64,000 nt of DNA from Azolla caroliniana (lineage: Eukaryota; Plantae; Polypodiophyta). The stretch spans positions 11,160,001 to 11,224,000 of the forward strand of contig JBHGNT010000012.1 in NCBI GenBank assembly GCA_043228905.1, given 5' to 3'. Shown here piece by piece: positions 54,561 through 64,000 of this stretch (its first letter is position 1; each line of letters begins with the position of its first letter). The translations under genes were made by a program, and so were the position numbers. The notes below the pieces were generated by a model. That model was given only the letters and a program-made list of their open reading frames with translations. It had not been told where the DNA came from and searched no databases.

Positions 54561-55718
54561 ATGGCTACTGTTAGCGCCCAAGAATACCAATCTGTTTTCT
54601 CCGAGCTACAGTGCCTAAAAGAAAAGTTTGTTGGCCTGGAACAAGAAAACCAACGGCTGATAGGGGATCTGCAACAAATCGCTCTAGAAAAACAACAAAC
54701 GCAACAACAACATGGGGAGTTAGCGTTACGGGTACAACAACTCGAAGCAGCGTTGCAACAACAAGGATCCAGTCCCCAAGGATTTCATAAAGAGCCCAAG
54801 ATTGGACTTCCTGTGAAATTTGATGGAACGCGTTCGCAATTCCGGGGATTCCTTAATCAGGTACGCTTAGTCATCCAGATGCATCCTTCCCGATATCCCA
54901 CTGATGCATCTCGAGTCGGCCTAATAGGCACGCTACTTAGCGGCTCAGCCTTGGCATGGTTTGCTCCGCTTCTAGAAAAACAATCACCCTTACTTAATAA
55001 CTTTGAAGATTTTATTGGTGAGTTTAAAGCCTGCTTTGGAGACACCGACAGCATCAGGACGGCGATCAACAAGATCCGGCGATTGCGTCAAGGCGATCGT
55101 CCAGCCTCTGCCTACGCGGCGGATTTCCGCCTACTTGCTTCAGATATACCCTGGGATGATCAAGCACTAATGGAGCAGTTTCGCTATGGCTTGCGAAACG
55201 ATGTCAAAGATCTACTTCTAACTTTCCCCGAAGAACCAAAGTCTCTTACGGAGGCAATCAGTCGAGCAGTTCGATGTGACAACCGCCTTTTTGAACGGCG
55301 TTCAGAACGTCAATTACAGATACCACGCTCTAGGCCAGAGCCCACTTACGCCGCAGTCGCAGCTAAACCGTTTGCACGAGACACACCTCAAGCAAATACT
55401 TCGACACCGATGGAGATCGATACCATGCGTCGACGCGGCCCGTTATCGGAAGAAGAAAAGCAACGACGACGTGCCAATCGATTATGTCTTTATTGCGGTG
55501 GACCAGGACATATCGCCATCAATTGTCCCCATAGGCCAAGAAGACAGGTAAATCAAATCGTCGCCTGTACTAAACCCGAGTCAATTCTTCCCTTTGGAGT
55601 ATCTGATAGTATTAATAGTACTAATAGAGTGTCAGATAGTATTCATAGTACTAATAGCCCAAGTATCTCAAATAAATTTGAAATCCTTAGTCAATTAGAT
55701 GAAGAGTTAAACGATTGA
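54561..55718 (+). CDS. Gag (sushi/PEG10-type, CCHC knuckle)
   Basis: PVKFDGTRSQFRGF; LRQGDRPASAYAADF; PMEID; CLYCGGPGHIAINC. Confidence 0.95.
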   Translation: MATVSAQEYQSVFSELQCLKEKFVGLEQENQRLIGDLQQIALEKQQTQQQHGELALRVQQLEAALQQQGSSPQGFHKEPKIGLPVKFDGTRSQFRGFLNQVRLVIQMHPSRYPTDASRVGLIGTLLSGSALAWFAPLLEKQSPLLNNFEDFIGEFKACFGDTDSIRTAINKIRRLRQGDRPASAYAADFRLLASDIPWDDQALMEQFRYGLRNDVKDLLLTFPEEPKSLTEAISRAVRCDNRLFERRSERQLQIPRSRPEPTYAAVAAKPFARDTPQANTSTPMEIDTMRRRGPLSEEEKQRRRANRLCLYCGGPGHIAINCPHRPRRQVNQIVACTKPESILPFGVSDSINSTNRVSDSIHSTNSPSISNKFEILSQLDEELND

Positions 55719-55760
55719 GTCCAGCCAAAATAGGAGCCATTTGGTTGGACAGCAGCCCTA
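55706..55760 (+). promoter_or_regulatory. Putative -1 frameshift signal (G_UUA_AAC plus stem-loop or pseudoknot)
   Basis: Heptamer 55706-55712 in the gag frame; 6-nt spacer; stem 55719-55729 with 55740-55750. Confidence 0.75.
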
Positions 55761-58700
55761 GATCTGTACAGCCCATTAGTGGTTCCATTCCTTCCAAGCA
55801 AGTTAGCAATGTGTTCCTAGCCCAAGTCATTGTTAGTACTAAAAGTACTCCCCCAGTACCCGTCCTAGCACTTTTAGATTCCGGAGCTAATTCCTGTTTC
55901 ATGGATCGAAATTTTGCCCAAGCTTCTCAGATATCCTTAAGAAAACTTCCTTGTCCCGCATCTGTAGTGGTCATTGATGGTCGTCCCATTGCTTCCGGGA
56001 ATATTGTAGAAGAATCAGAACCCATTCAAGTTGTCCTAGGTAGTTTTGTGTGTATAATATCATTTAATATAATTAGTAGTCCAGAGCATCCCATTGTCCT
56101 AGGATTACCTTGGCTTGAATTACATAATCCAGCCATAGATTGGAGAACAAGAGAAGTCCGATATCGACCACCCCAAGAATCAACTCACCGAGTTTCGACC
56201 ATTTCACTCCATCAACTACGCGAAGAAGGACCCAAGGAGGCAATGTTCCTATTTGCCATATCAGTACATCCTTCTAGTACTATTAAGAAGGACTCCTCAA
56301 TACAACTTCCGGCAAAATATCATCCTTATGCCGATGTATTTGACAAGGTAAAAGCCGGTACCCTTCCTCATCACCGTCCCTATGACTGTCCCATCGATTT
56401 ACAACCAGGAACCGAGCCACCATGGGGACCAATTTACAACTTGTCACCCACCGAGTTAGAAGTCCTTCGAGCCTACATAGAGGAGAACTTGGCAAGCGGG
56501 TTCATCCGTCATTCAAAATCTCCGGCCGGTGCACCCATCTTCTTTGTCAAGAAGAAAGATGGCTCACTTCGTCTTGTCGTTGATTACCGCGGATTGAATA
56601 AAGTCACCATCCGGAATAGGTATGCACTTCCTCTTATATCAAGTCTTTTAGAGCGAGTTAATGGTGCCAAGTTTTTTACTAAAATCGACCTACGAGGAGC
56701 GTATAATCTCGTGCGGATCCGACCGGGAGATGAGTGGAAGACCGCTTTTCGCACGCGGTATGGGCATTTCGAGTATACTGTTATGCCGTTTGGCCTAACC
56801 AATGCACCCGCAGTCTTCCAACACATGGCAAATGATATATTCAGAGACCTCTTGGATATCTGTTTGATCATTTATCTGGATGATCTGTTGATTTATTCGA
56901 AGACCCAGGAAGAGCACGATTCTCATGTACTATTAGTACTAAAGCGACTCCGCGAGAATGGTCTTTATGCTAAGCTAGAGAAATGTAGCTTTGACTGCAA
57001 GCAAGTGGAATTTCTAGGCTACGTCATCTCCTCAAAGGGCATCGCCATGGATCCAGCTAAAATCCAAACTGTACTAGAGTGGCAAATTCCACGGTCGGTA
57101 CGAGATGTACAATGTTTTCTAGGCTTTGCTAACTTCTACCGTAAGTTTATACAGGATTACTCGAAGATTATTTTACCTCTCACACAACTTACGAAGAAGG
57201 GCCAAGCATTTCTTTGGTCCATCGAAGCAGATATGGCTTTTCGGCATCTTAAGAAAGCCTTTACATCAGCACCGATTCTAGCTCATGTGGATACAAGCAA
57301 ACCATTCATCATGGAGGCCGACGCATCAGATTTCGCCCTCGGTAGCATCCTTTCTCAACAAGGCGATAAAGAAGAGTTGCATCCGGTGGCTTTCCATTCG
57401 CGCAAATTCAATGTCGCAGAAATCAACTACGAAATACATGACAAGGAGTTATTAGCCATCGTGGATTCATTTGTACAATGGCGGCATTTCTTAGAGGGCT
57501 CTCCACATCAGGTCATTGTCTTTAGCGATCATAAAAATCTTGCTTATTTTCAGAACGCTCGCGTACTAAATCGACGGCAAGCTCGGTGGGCGCAATTCCT
57601 CACGCGTTTCAACTTCGAAATCACATATCGACCGGGGAAGCAGCAAGGAAAAGCAGATGCACTATCACGGCGTTCATATCTTGCACCTCGTCCTGGTGAC
57701 GCAACATTTGATAATCAAAAGCAAGTAATCTTGGGACCAACACGATTGCACACGACGCGGATTTTTCACACCCCGATGGATTCACGGATTACCGATGACA
57801 TACGTGCAACCTTGAAGACGGATAGTTTTGCTCAAGACATCCTGGCGCACATTGATACTTCTCGGGCATCCTGTTCTCAGTCTCAACAACCAGGTATTGA
57901 CTACCGACAATTCGAATATCATGATGGTTTGTTATTCTTTAAAAAGCGCGTATATGTCCCCGATTGCTCCTGTCGCCTTCAAATCGTCCAACATTGTCAC
58001 GACACCCATACGGCGGGACATTTTGGTAGTACCAAGACGTTGGAGTTAGTGCAACGATCTTTTTGGTGGCCCCACATGCGCCGTTTTGTCGACGACTACG
58101 TTCGGACCTGTGATGCTTGCTGCCGAGCAAAGATGCCACGACACCATCCATATGGCTTGTTGGAACCTTTACCAATTCCAAGTAAGCCATGGCAGTCTAT
58201 TTGTCTTGATTTTATTACAGATCTGCCGGTCTCGAAGGGGTTTGATGCTATCCTAACCGTCGTCGATCGATATACGAAGATGGCACATTTTGTGCCATGT
58301 ACTAAAGCCATCACTAGCGAGGAAACCGCCGCTCTTGTTATGCGTGAGGTATTTCGGCATCATGGCCTACCAGACAGTATTATCAGTGACCGAGGCCCGC
58401 AATTTGTCTCCAAATTTTGGCAGCATCTCTTCAGGATGCTCAAGGTCTCCTGCAACCTCTCCTCCGGCTACCATCCTCAAACTGACGGACAGGCGGAACG
58501 AACAAACCAAACGTTGGAGCAATATCTCCGGTGTTTCCTGAGTTATCAACAGGACGATTGGGCCGAGATTCTCCACTTTGCGGAGTTTGCGTATAATAAT
58601 GCTATTCACTCCTCGACTCGGGTCTCCCCATTTCTCGCTTATACCGGTTTCCATCCTCGCTGGTCGGTGATCGACACTCCGGAGCTACCTACCAACCCTC

Positions 58701-59287
58701 GTGCCGAGGACCATTTGGAGAGGCTACGCAAGATCCAGATGGATCTCTCTACTCACCTTCGTCATGCTCAACACACACAGAAGACTTATGCGGATCGTCA
58801 TCGGATTCCCTCCTCTTTTGCCATCGGAGATCGAGTATGGCTCTTACGTCGTCACATCAAGACTACTCGACCGTGTGACAAGTTGGATTATCGACGACTC
58901 GGTCCTTTCCGTATTACGGGGAAGATTAATGATGTCACCTTCCGCCTGGATCTCCCTCCGCAGCTTCAGATACATCCAGTTTTCCATTGTTCTCTTCTTG
59001 AACCTTATAAAGCAAACACCATTCCCGATCGTGTAACACCACCGCCGCCCCCGCTGGAGTTGGACGCCGGCCCGGAGTATGAAGTTGCTGCCATCCTCGA
59101 TTCCAAACTTGTTCGCAACAAACTTTATTACTTGGTCGATTGGCTCGGTTATAGTCCGAGCGAACGTACTTGGGAACCCGTCGAGAATGTTGCCAATGCA
59201 CAAGATCTTCTTGCTGATTTCCACCGAAAGTATCCGGACAAACCCGGTCCGCAATTAGCGCCGACTCGTTCCACTCGTCGTCTTTAA
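55706..59287 (+). CDS. Pol (PR, RT, RNase H, IN, chromodomain), -1 frame
   Basis: LLDSGANSCF; IDLRGAYN; YLDDLLIYS; ADASD; SDRGPQF; EYEVAAILDS..YLVDWLGY..TWEP. Confidence 0.96.
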   Translation, partial: VKRLSPAKIGAIWLDSSPRSVQPISGSIPSKQVSNVFLAQVIVSTKSTPPVPVLALLDSGANSCFMDRNFAQASQISLRKLPCPASVVVIDGRPIASGNIVEESEPIQVVLGSFVCIISFNIISSPEHPIVLGLPWLELHNPAIDWRTREVRYRPPQESTHRVSTISLHQLREEGPKEAMFLFAISVHPSSTIKKDSSIQLPAKYHPYADVFDKVKAGTLPHHRPYDCPIDLQPGTEPPWGPIYNLSPTELEVLRAYIEENLASGFIRHSKSPAGAPIFFVKKKDGSLRLVVDYRGLNKVTIRNRYALPLISSLLERVNGAKFFTKIDLRGAYNLVRIRPGDEWKTAFRTRYGHFEYTVMPFGLTNAPAVFQHMANDIFRDLLDICLIIYLDDLLIYSKTQEEHDSHVLLVLKRLRENGLYAKLEKCSFDCKQVEFLGYVISSKGIAMDPAKIQTVLEWQIPRSVRDVQCFLGFANFYRKFIQDYSKIILPLTQLTKKGQAFLWSIEADMAFRHLKKAFTSAPILAHVDTSKPFIMEADASDFALGSILSQQGDKEELHPVAFHSRKFNVAEINYEIHDKELLAIVDSFVQWRHFLEGSPHQVIVFSDHKNLAYFQNARVLNRRQARWAQFLTRFNFEITYRPGKQQGKADALSRRSYLAPRPGDATFDNQKQVILGPTRLHTTRIFHTPMDSRITDDIRATLKTDSFAQDILAHIDTSRASCSQSQQPGIDYRQFEYHDGLLFFKKRVYVPDCSCRLQIVQHCHDTHTAGHFGSTKTLELVQRSFWWPHMRRFVDDYVRTCDACCRAKMPRHHPYGLLEPLPIPSKPWQSICLDFITDLPVSKGFDAILTVVDRYTKMAHFVPCTKAITSEETAALVMREVFRHHGLPDSIISDRGPQFVSKFWQHLFRMLKVSCNLSSGYHPQTDGQAERTNQTLEQYLRCFLSYQQDDWAEILHFAEFAYNNAIHSSTRVSPFLAYTGFHPRWSVIDTPELPTNPRAEDHLERLRKIQMDLSTHLRHAQHTQKTYADRHRIPSSFAIGDRVWLLRRHIKTTRPCDKLDYRRLGPFRITGKINDVTFRLDLPPQLQIHPVFHCSLLEPYKANTIPDRVTPPPPPLELDAGPEYEVAAILDSKLVRNKLYYLVDWLGYSPSERTWEPVENVANAQDLLADFHRKYPDKPGPQLAPTRSTRRL

Positions 59288-59298
59288 GGGGGAGATAG

Positions 59299-59725
59299 TG
59301 TCATGGCAAGACTCGAACCCATGACTTTATGCTACATGGGTCGAGCTCTTACCATTAGATCATGTATTGTAATACGTAGGATATTATTTTCTTTTACATT
59401 TTATTATAGGAAATTAGTGTATATTCCAGATTTCTCTGGAACATTCTAGAAGCTTCAGGATTACTCCTGAAAACACTATAAAAGAGGGCACTAGGCATTA
59501 TGTTGAACCAAATTGGTTCAACACCAGTCTTAAGCCTCTTAGTCGATTTGTACTTATCTTTCATATAATATAAGAGCTGCTGTCATCATCTTATTTCCCT
59601 CTCTCTCTCTCTCCTCTTCTCACTTTCTCTCTCTCGGGAATCTTACGCAGTCCCGTCCTCTTAGTACTAATAGTACTACTCTTCTTAGTACTAATTCCAT
59701 CTCTGTTTTAGTACTATTCCTGACA
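59299..59725 (+). repeat. 3' LTR of the chromovirus
   Basis: Repeat of 54065-54491. Confidence 0.97.
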
Positions 59726-59730
59726 ACTAT

Positions 59731-61457
59731 AACGTATATAACCCATTCGTAAATAGTCCTTGAGTTGCTTAGATACCTCATCTTCTTCGGATCGACTTAA
59801 GCGATACACCAGGTACAATATCTATACGATGTTCTATATTACGTTTAGGAGTTAACCCATCAGGTAGTTCACTTGGAAAAACATTATGAAAATCATTTAA
59901 GATTTCATCAAGTTGTTGTTGTTCAAAATATGTTAATTGAACCGGGACATTATCGATATTGTAAATGTGAATGTCCGGATCAAGTACACAATAAAATAAT
60001 GTAGAACAAGACAACTCGGATATTGATGGACACGAGGAAACAATCGAGAGGGATTGTTTTTTTACACATTGAATAAAATGCGTACAATCATTCAGTACAA
60101 AAGAAATGGAATGACGAACCCAATCAATAAATAAAGAAGAGTTTTTATTATAAAACCAGGGATAACCCAGTATTACATCGGTGGTACAAAGATTCATTAC
60201 ATGGAAGTCTACTTCCTCTATATAAGTATCAATAGAAATTCCTAATGAATGAATCACCTCGTTGATGTATTGTACTCTTCCATCAGCCAAGTGCACCGTG
60301 TAGGTGTGATCACTTACGGTGGGTTGGATTCCCCATATCTGAACCAAACGATCATTCACAAAATTGTGTGAGCTTCCCGAATCAAATAAAAATTGTACGG
60401 GAGATCAATTGATATACCCGATTGCACGTAGTAAATCATTGGGACCCAATACATAGTGAGGGAAAGAACATTGACAATTACTTAAATGATGTGTATAGAC
60501 CTGAAGGACATTAGGAATCTGACCTTTATGGTCTGCAGCTTTAGCTTTGTTGTTGTGCTCTTTCCGTTGGAGCTTTCGACATTGATCTTTTGTATGACCC
60601 TTCTTTTTGCAGAATACGCAATAAGGATGTTGTCGCTTACAATCGCGATCCAGGAATTCGTTGGGTGTCTTGCGTTTCCCAACAAATTGCGACTGCTTAG
60701 TCCTGGGCACTTCGTTGGGTTTGTTATGGTCCTTCTTCGAAGTGCGTTGATAGCGAAGAACTATTTCAATGGCTTCTTCGAAGGATTTTGGATCCTTATC
60801 ATGCACTATTTAGTGATAGTCCGAATTGGGGATGCCATTGACAAAACAAGCTATCAACCAATTGTCCCCTTCTAGACCCGATTTTTGGATTTGGGTTCTA
60901 GCATGGTGAACATGGTCTTCTAGCGAGGAAAATTTCCTGCTAGAGAGGTTCATTAAAGCTTGTGCTGCCTCGGTTCGAGAGGGAGGTTGCAGAAATTGGC
61001 CCTTAAAAACCGTGACAAAATCTGTCCAGGTATCGGGCAATTTCCCCATAGTACGGAGCCCACGCCACCAGGCGGCGGCCTTACCCCCGAGTTCTCGGCC
61101 GACATATGCAATCTTCGTACTATCTTGCGTGGGATAGAGCTCAAAATGAGACTCCCATTGTCCCAACCATGTGCAGATTGCTTCTTCGGTTCTTTCCTTT
61201 TTGTCTCCCGTAAATGGCTTAACAACAAATGATGGTTCACCTTGTCGCTCATCAGGTCTATTAGTCTCACGTTGTAGACTAATGACACGTGCCTCGAGAG
61301 CACTTTGAGATTGCCGAAGTTCGATCATCTGTTGAGCGGTGAAACTAAGGTATTGGGTTATTTGTGCTAAATACATCTTAGTGGACATTTTTCCAGGAGG
61401 ATTCCCTTGAGTTCCTTCCGCTTGAGCGGATGACATCGGGTCGTTAATTTGAGCCAT
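59731..61457 (-). pseudogene. E2 gag-PR
   Basis: Homologous to 46290-48020; stop at 60810 and frameshifts. Confidence 0.9.
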
Positions 61458-63147
61458 TAAAGATTATTTCTGGGAAAGAAATAGGATAAGGTCAGAGAGA
61501 TAGTCATAACATCATGTCGTGATGTAAACATATCATGGGCAAACATTAATCGATATCATGATCTCACGTCAATACCCCTCTAGACGTATGAGATGAGGTT
61601 CAAGATCAGGTTACTATGGTAACACAAAGGTGTTTTAAAAACCATGGGGGTGACAAATAAATGTCTTTCCCTGATCTCTATATCAATTTTTTCATGGTGG
61701 CTCCTCGAGGCTCAACCATGTATGTTTGCGTCATGAATAGTTTATACACAAAAAAAATGTTAACAATAAACTATGTTTCGGTGCCCACATATGTGGTTTC
61801 GGCTCTTTAAGTCCTATTACGAGGACCCCGAGGTGCACTTAGAACTTAAGTCTAAACATGTGTTATAGTCATATGTATCAAGGATGTTGTATGGTCTTGG
61901 TCATATTTGAACTCGAGACCTCGAGAACAAATACATTAAACACTTGAGCCAACCAAGTAAGTTGCTCTTCTTGAATGCTTAATGTTTGATGCGTATAAGA
62001 GATATGCGAGGCAATTGATCATATATGTTGTTTTTTTAAAAGAACATATATGTCAAGGGTCCTTATTTCGCCCTCATTTACCAAAACTATGTTGGTACGT
62101 TACCTAACCTCAAGTCTCGTAATTACGATGGCATACGCCAAAGTGCAATCTAATGGTCAAGACAAATGAGCCCTTGTTTTGTAGTAGGCTCACGTGGGCC
62201 ATCACATGGTCACGTCATTACGATTGCCTCTCGTAAGAACGAGCTCATGGTGGCATCGTATCCATGTAACGAGGGAGGGATGTTGGATACGTGCGTCATT
62301 GGAGCGACCTCACTTGAAGTGGGTCAAGCCCTATGTACTCAACATCATTTTGGCTATTGGCGTTTCTTTACGTAACGAAATCGAGGTCGTCAACGGGGTT
62401 ATCAACAATAAAAAAATGTTGAAAAAGGGATGGTGACAACGCCATTCTCACAAAAATGTGAGGACGGCCACCAACATCCTTTTCCCGACCAGGACAACTT
62501 TCGACATAATCACGTAATAACGAATATACACATATGTTTACTTTTCACATATATACGATCAAATACGTATATATGTGACCACATATGCCTATATTAAACA
62601 TATCGTTATATTAAATAGCCACAAATGATGTGATCGAGATACGTAATCGAGGTATATACCTCTACGCACACGAAAGATCCTCAAATAAGAGATCATCATA
62701 ATACGCAATTGAGGTATTGACCTCTTACACATACGAGACCAACCGCATATCGTTTACGACAAATCAAGGTATTAAACTCATACGCAAATGTAACATATGT
62801 TCGTGAACGTAATACGTAATTGAGGTATTAACCTCATACGCATACGACACTCATCACATATTATTAATATGTCAAACGAGGTATTGACCTCGTGCACATA
62901 TGTAAACGTTTTAGATAATCAATTAAAGACCACTATTACATCATTGACTTAATGAAAAAAAATACATATAAACTAAACACATGATTAGATGGGAGAAGAG
63001 AGAATAGAAAAAAAATTCTAGAAAGAGTTACCGAAGTTCTTTGTTGATCGTTGTCTGGATCAAGGCCGATCGCACATCGATCGATCAACATCAATCAAAA
63101 GACAAATGAAAAACAAAGAAACATTAGTACATAAATCTGATACCAAA

Positions 63148-63739
63148 TATTATAGATCTAAGTACTAAAGTAAGCTTAAGATAAGGATAAAGTAATGATA
63201 GATAGAAAGGAGAAAGAGAAAGAAGGGTGCCGATCCACCTGACCACCCCCGAGCGAAGGGATCGAGACGGACTCGAACCTCGATCGGCGTCCCATACCAC
63301 CGCCGTGGCGTTGAGTCGTACCTGGTGCTGGCGCGCTCGCTACAAGAGTTGACCCACCACACGAGCAGAGTCTCGATGTAGTCAAAAGATGATCAAATGA
63401 GGGTAGCTAGGCCTCTTATTTATAGCGATACCCAAGGCCCCCAGGCAAGTTCACACTTGACCTAATGGGTTGTCTCAATCCCGAGGATTAAAAGTAATCC
63501 TCCCCTTCTTTACACTCTCGTTTAACCCTCACACTTATCCACGTGTATAGAATACTACGGTAAATTCTCACCACGGGATATTAAATTCCCCTTCCTCCAT
63601 TTGAGTTCGAATAGAGCATGTGTCTTTCTTGTACATTGTTCCTCATTCAGATGTGATTTTCTTCGACCAATAGCATCGATTGGAGATCGAAGGAGGGAGG
63701 ATTCTCCCTTGTGAGGACGGTCGACCTTATTGCGTAACA
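63148..63739 (-). repeat. 5' LTR of E2
   Basis: Shares its left end with 52647-52754; most of it is the reverse complement of 44379-44816. Confidence 0.85.
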
Positions 63740-64000
63740 CCTTCATTACTTCCTCGGGATCGAAGTGATCCGTACCCCCGAAGGCATATTGATCAGCCAA
63801 CGTCATTACGTGCTGAGTATGCTCTTCAAATTCGGGATGGCCGACTGTAAGTCCGTCTCAACTCCTCTGGACAGAACCGTCAAGCTTCGTCCCGATACGG
63901 GAAAGGTATGCGACCCGACGAGGTTCCGACAAATTGTCGGAAGCCTGATATACTTGACAATCACCCAACCTGACTTCAATTATCCGGTCGGAGTGATCAG
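63740..64000 (+). pseudogene. Continuation of the copia B-family RT fragment
   Basis: Paralogue of 18315-18577. Confidence 0.92.

Larger units (their letters stand above)
54065..59725 (+). mobile_element. Intact young chromovirus (Tcn1/Tf1-sushi-like Ty3/gypsy)
   Basis: 427-bp LTRs 54065-54491 and 59299-59725, identical by eye; TSD ACTAT at 54060-54064 and 59726-59730; PPT AAGGGGGAGATAG 59286-59298. Confidence 0.97.
52647..63739 (-). mobile_element. Gypsy family E, copy 2, with internal deletions
   Basis: 5' LTR 63148-63739; PBS TGGTATCAGA about 63136-63145; 3' LTR remnant 52647-52754; TSD CCTTC at 52642-52646 and 63740-63744. Confidence 0.88.

Noticed and set aside
54561-55718. Domesticated PEG10/RTL1-like host gene
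   Set aside because: It lies within a complete element with LTRs, PPT and TSD.
63585-63739. Separate insertion next to the E2 LTR
   Set aside because: It ends in TAACA followed by TSD CCTTC, so it is the U3 tip of the LTR.
44360-63739. Large inverted segmental duplication (E1 vs E2)
   Set aside because: The copies are diverged and E2 has its own TSD, so they are independent insertions in opposite orientation.

Overview
The window is eukaryotic heterochromatin-like DNA with no recognisable host gene: all 64 kb resolve into nested LTR retrotransposons. The lineage mix (Tcn1-like chromovirus, Phygy-like non-chromovirus Ty3/gypsy, Tork-like and possibly Bryco-like Ty1/copia) suggests a moss or other non-seed plant; this is inference. 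About 13 insertions can be delimited by LTR termini and target-site duplications (TSDs), nested up to about 8 deep. The youngest are an intact chromovirus (54065-59725), a near-intact Tork-like copia (24562-30090) and a near-intact Phygy-like gypsy with an 817-aa extra ORF (5999-15375). Top observation: three diverged Phygy-like copies have no polypurine tract (PPT). In its place, 2 nt from the 3' LTR, sits a tRNA-Arg-3'-end-like sequence (…CCCAC-N-R-R-CGTGCCA-AG|TG), i.e. a second, inverted primer-binding site (PBS). This points to non-PPT, possibly tRNA-primed, plus-strand synthesis. Other signals: antisense tRNA-like A-box/B-box modules in the U3 of unrelated LTR families, two -1 frameshift cassettes (one between protease and RT), a Tf1-type self-priming site, a copia U3 module inside a gypsy LTR, and TG..TA LTR ends. 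All alignments and folds were done by eye.
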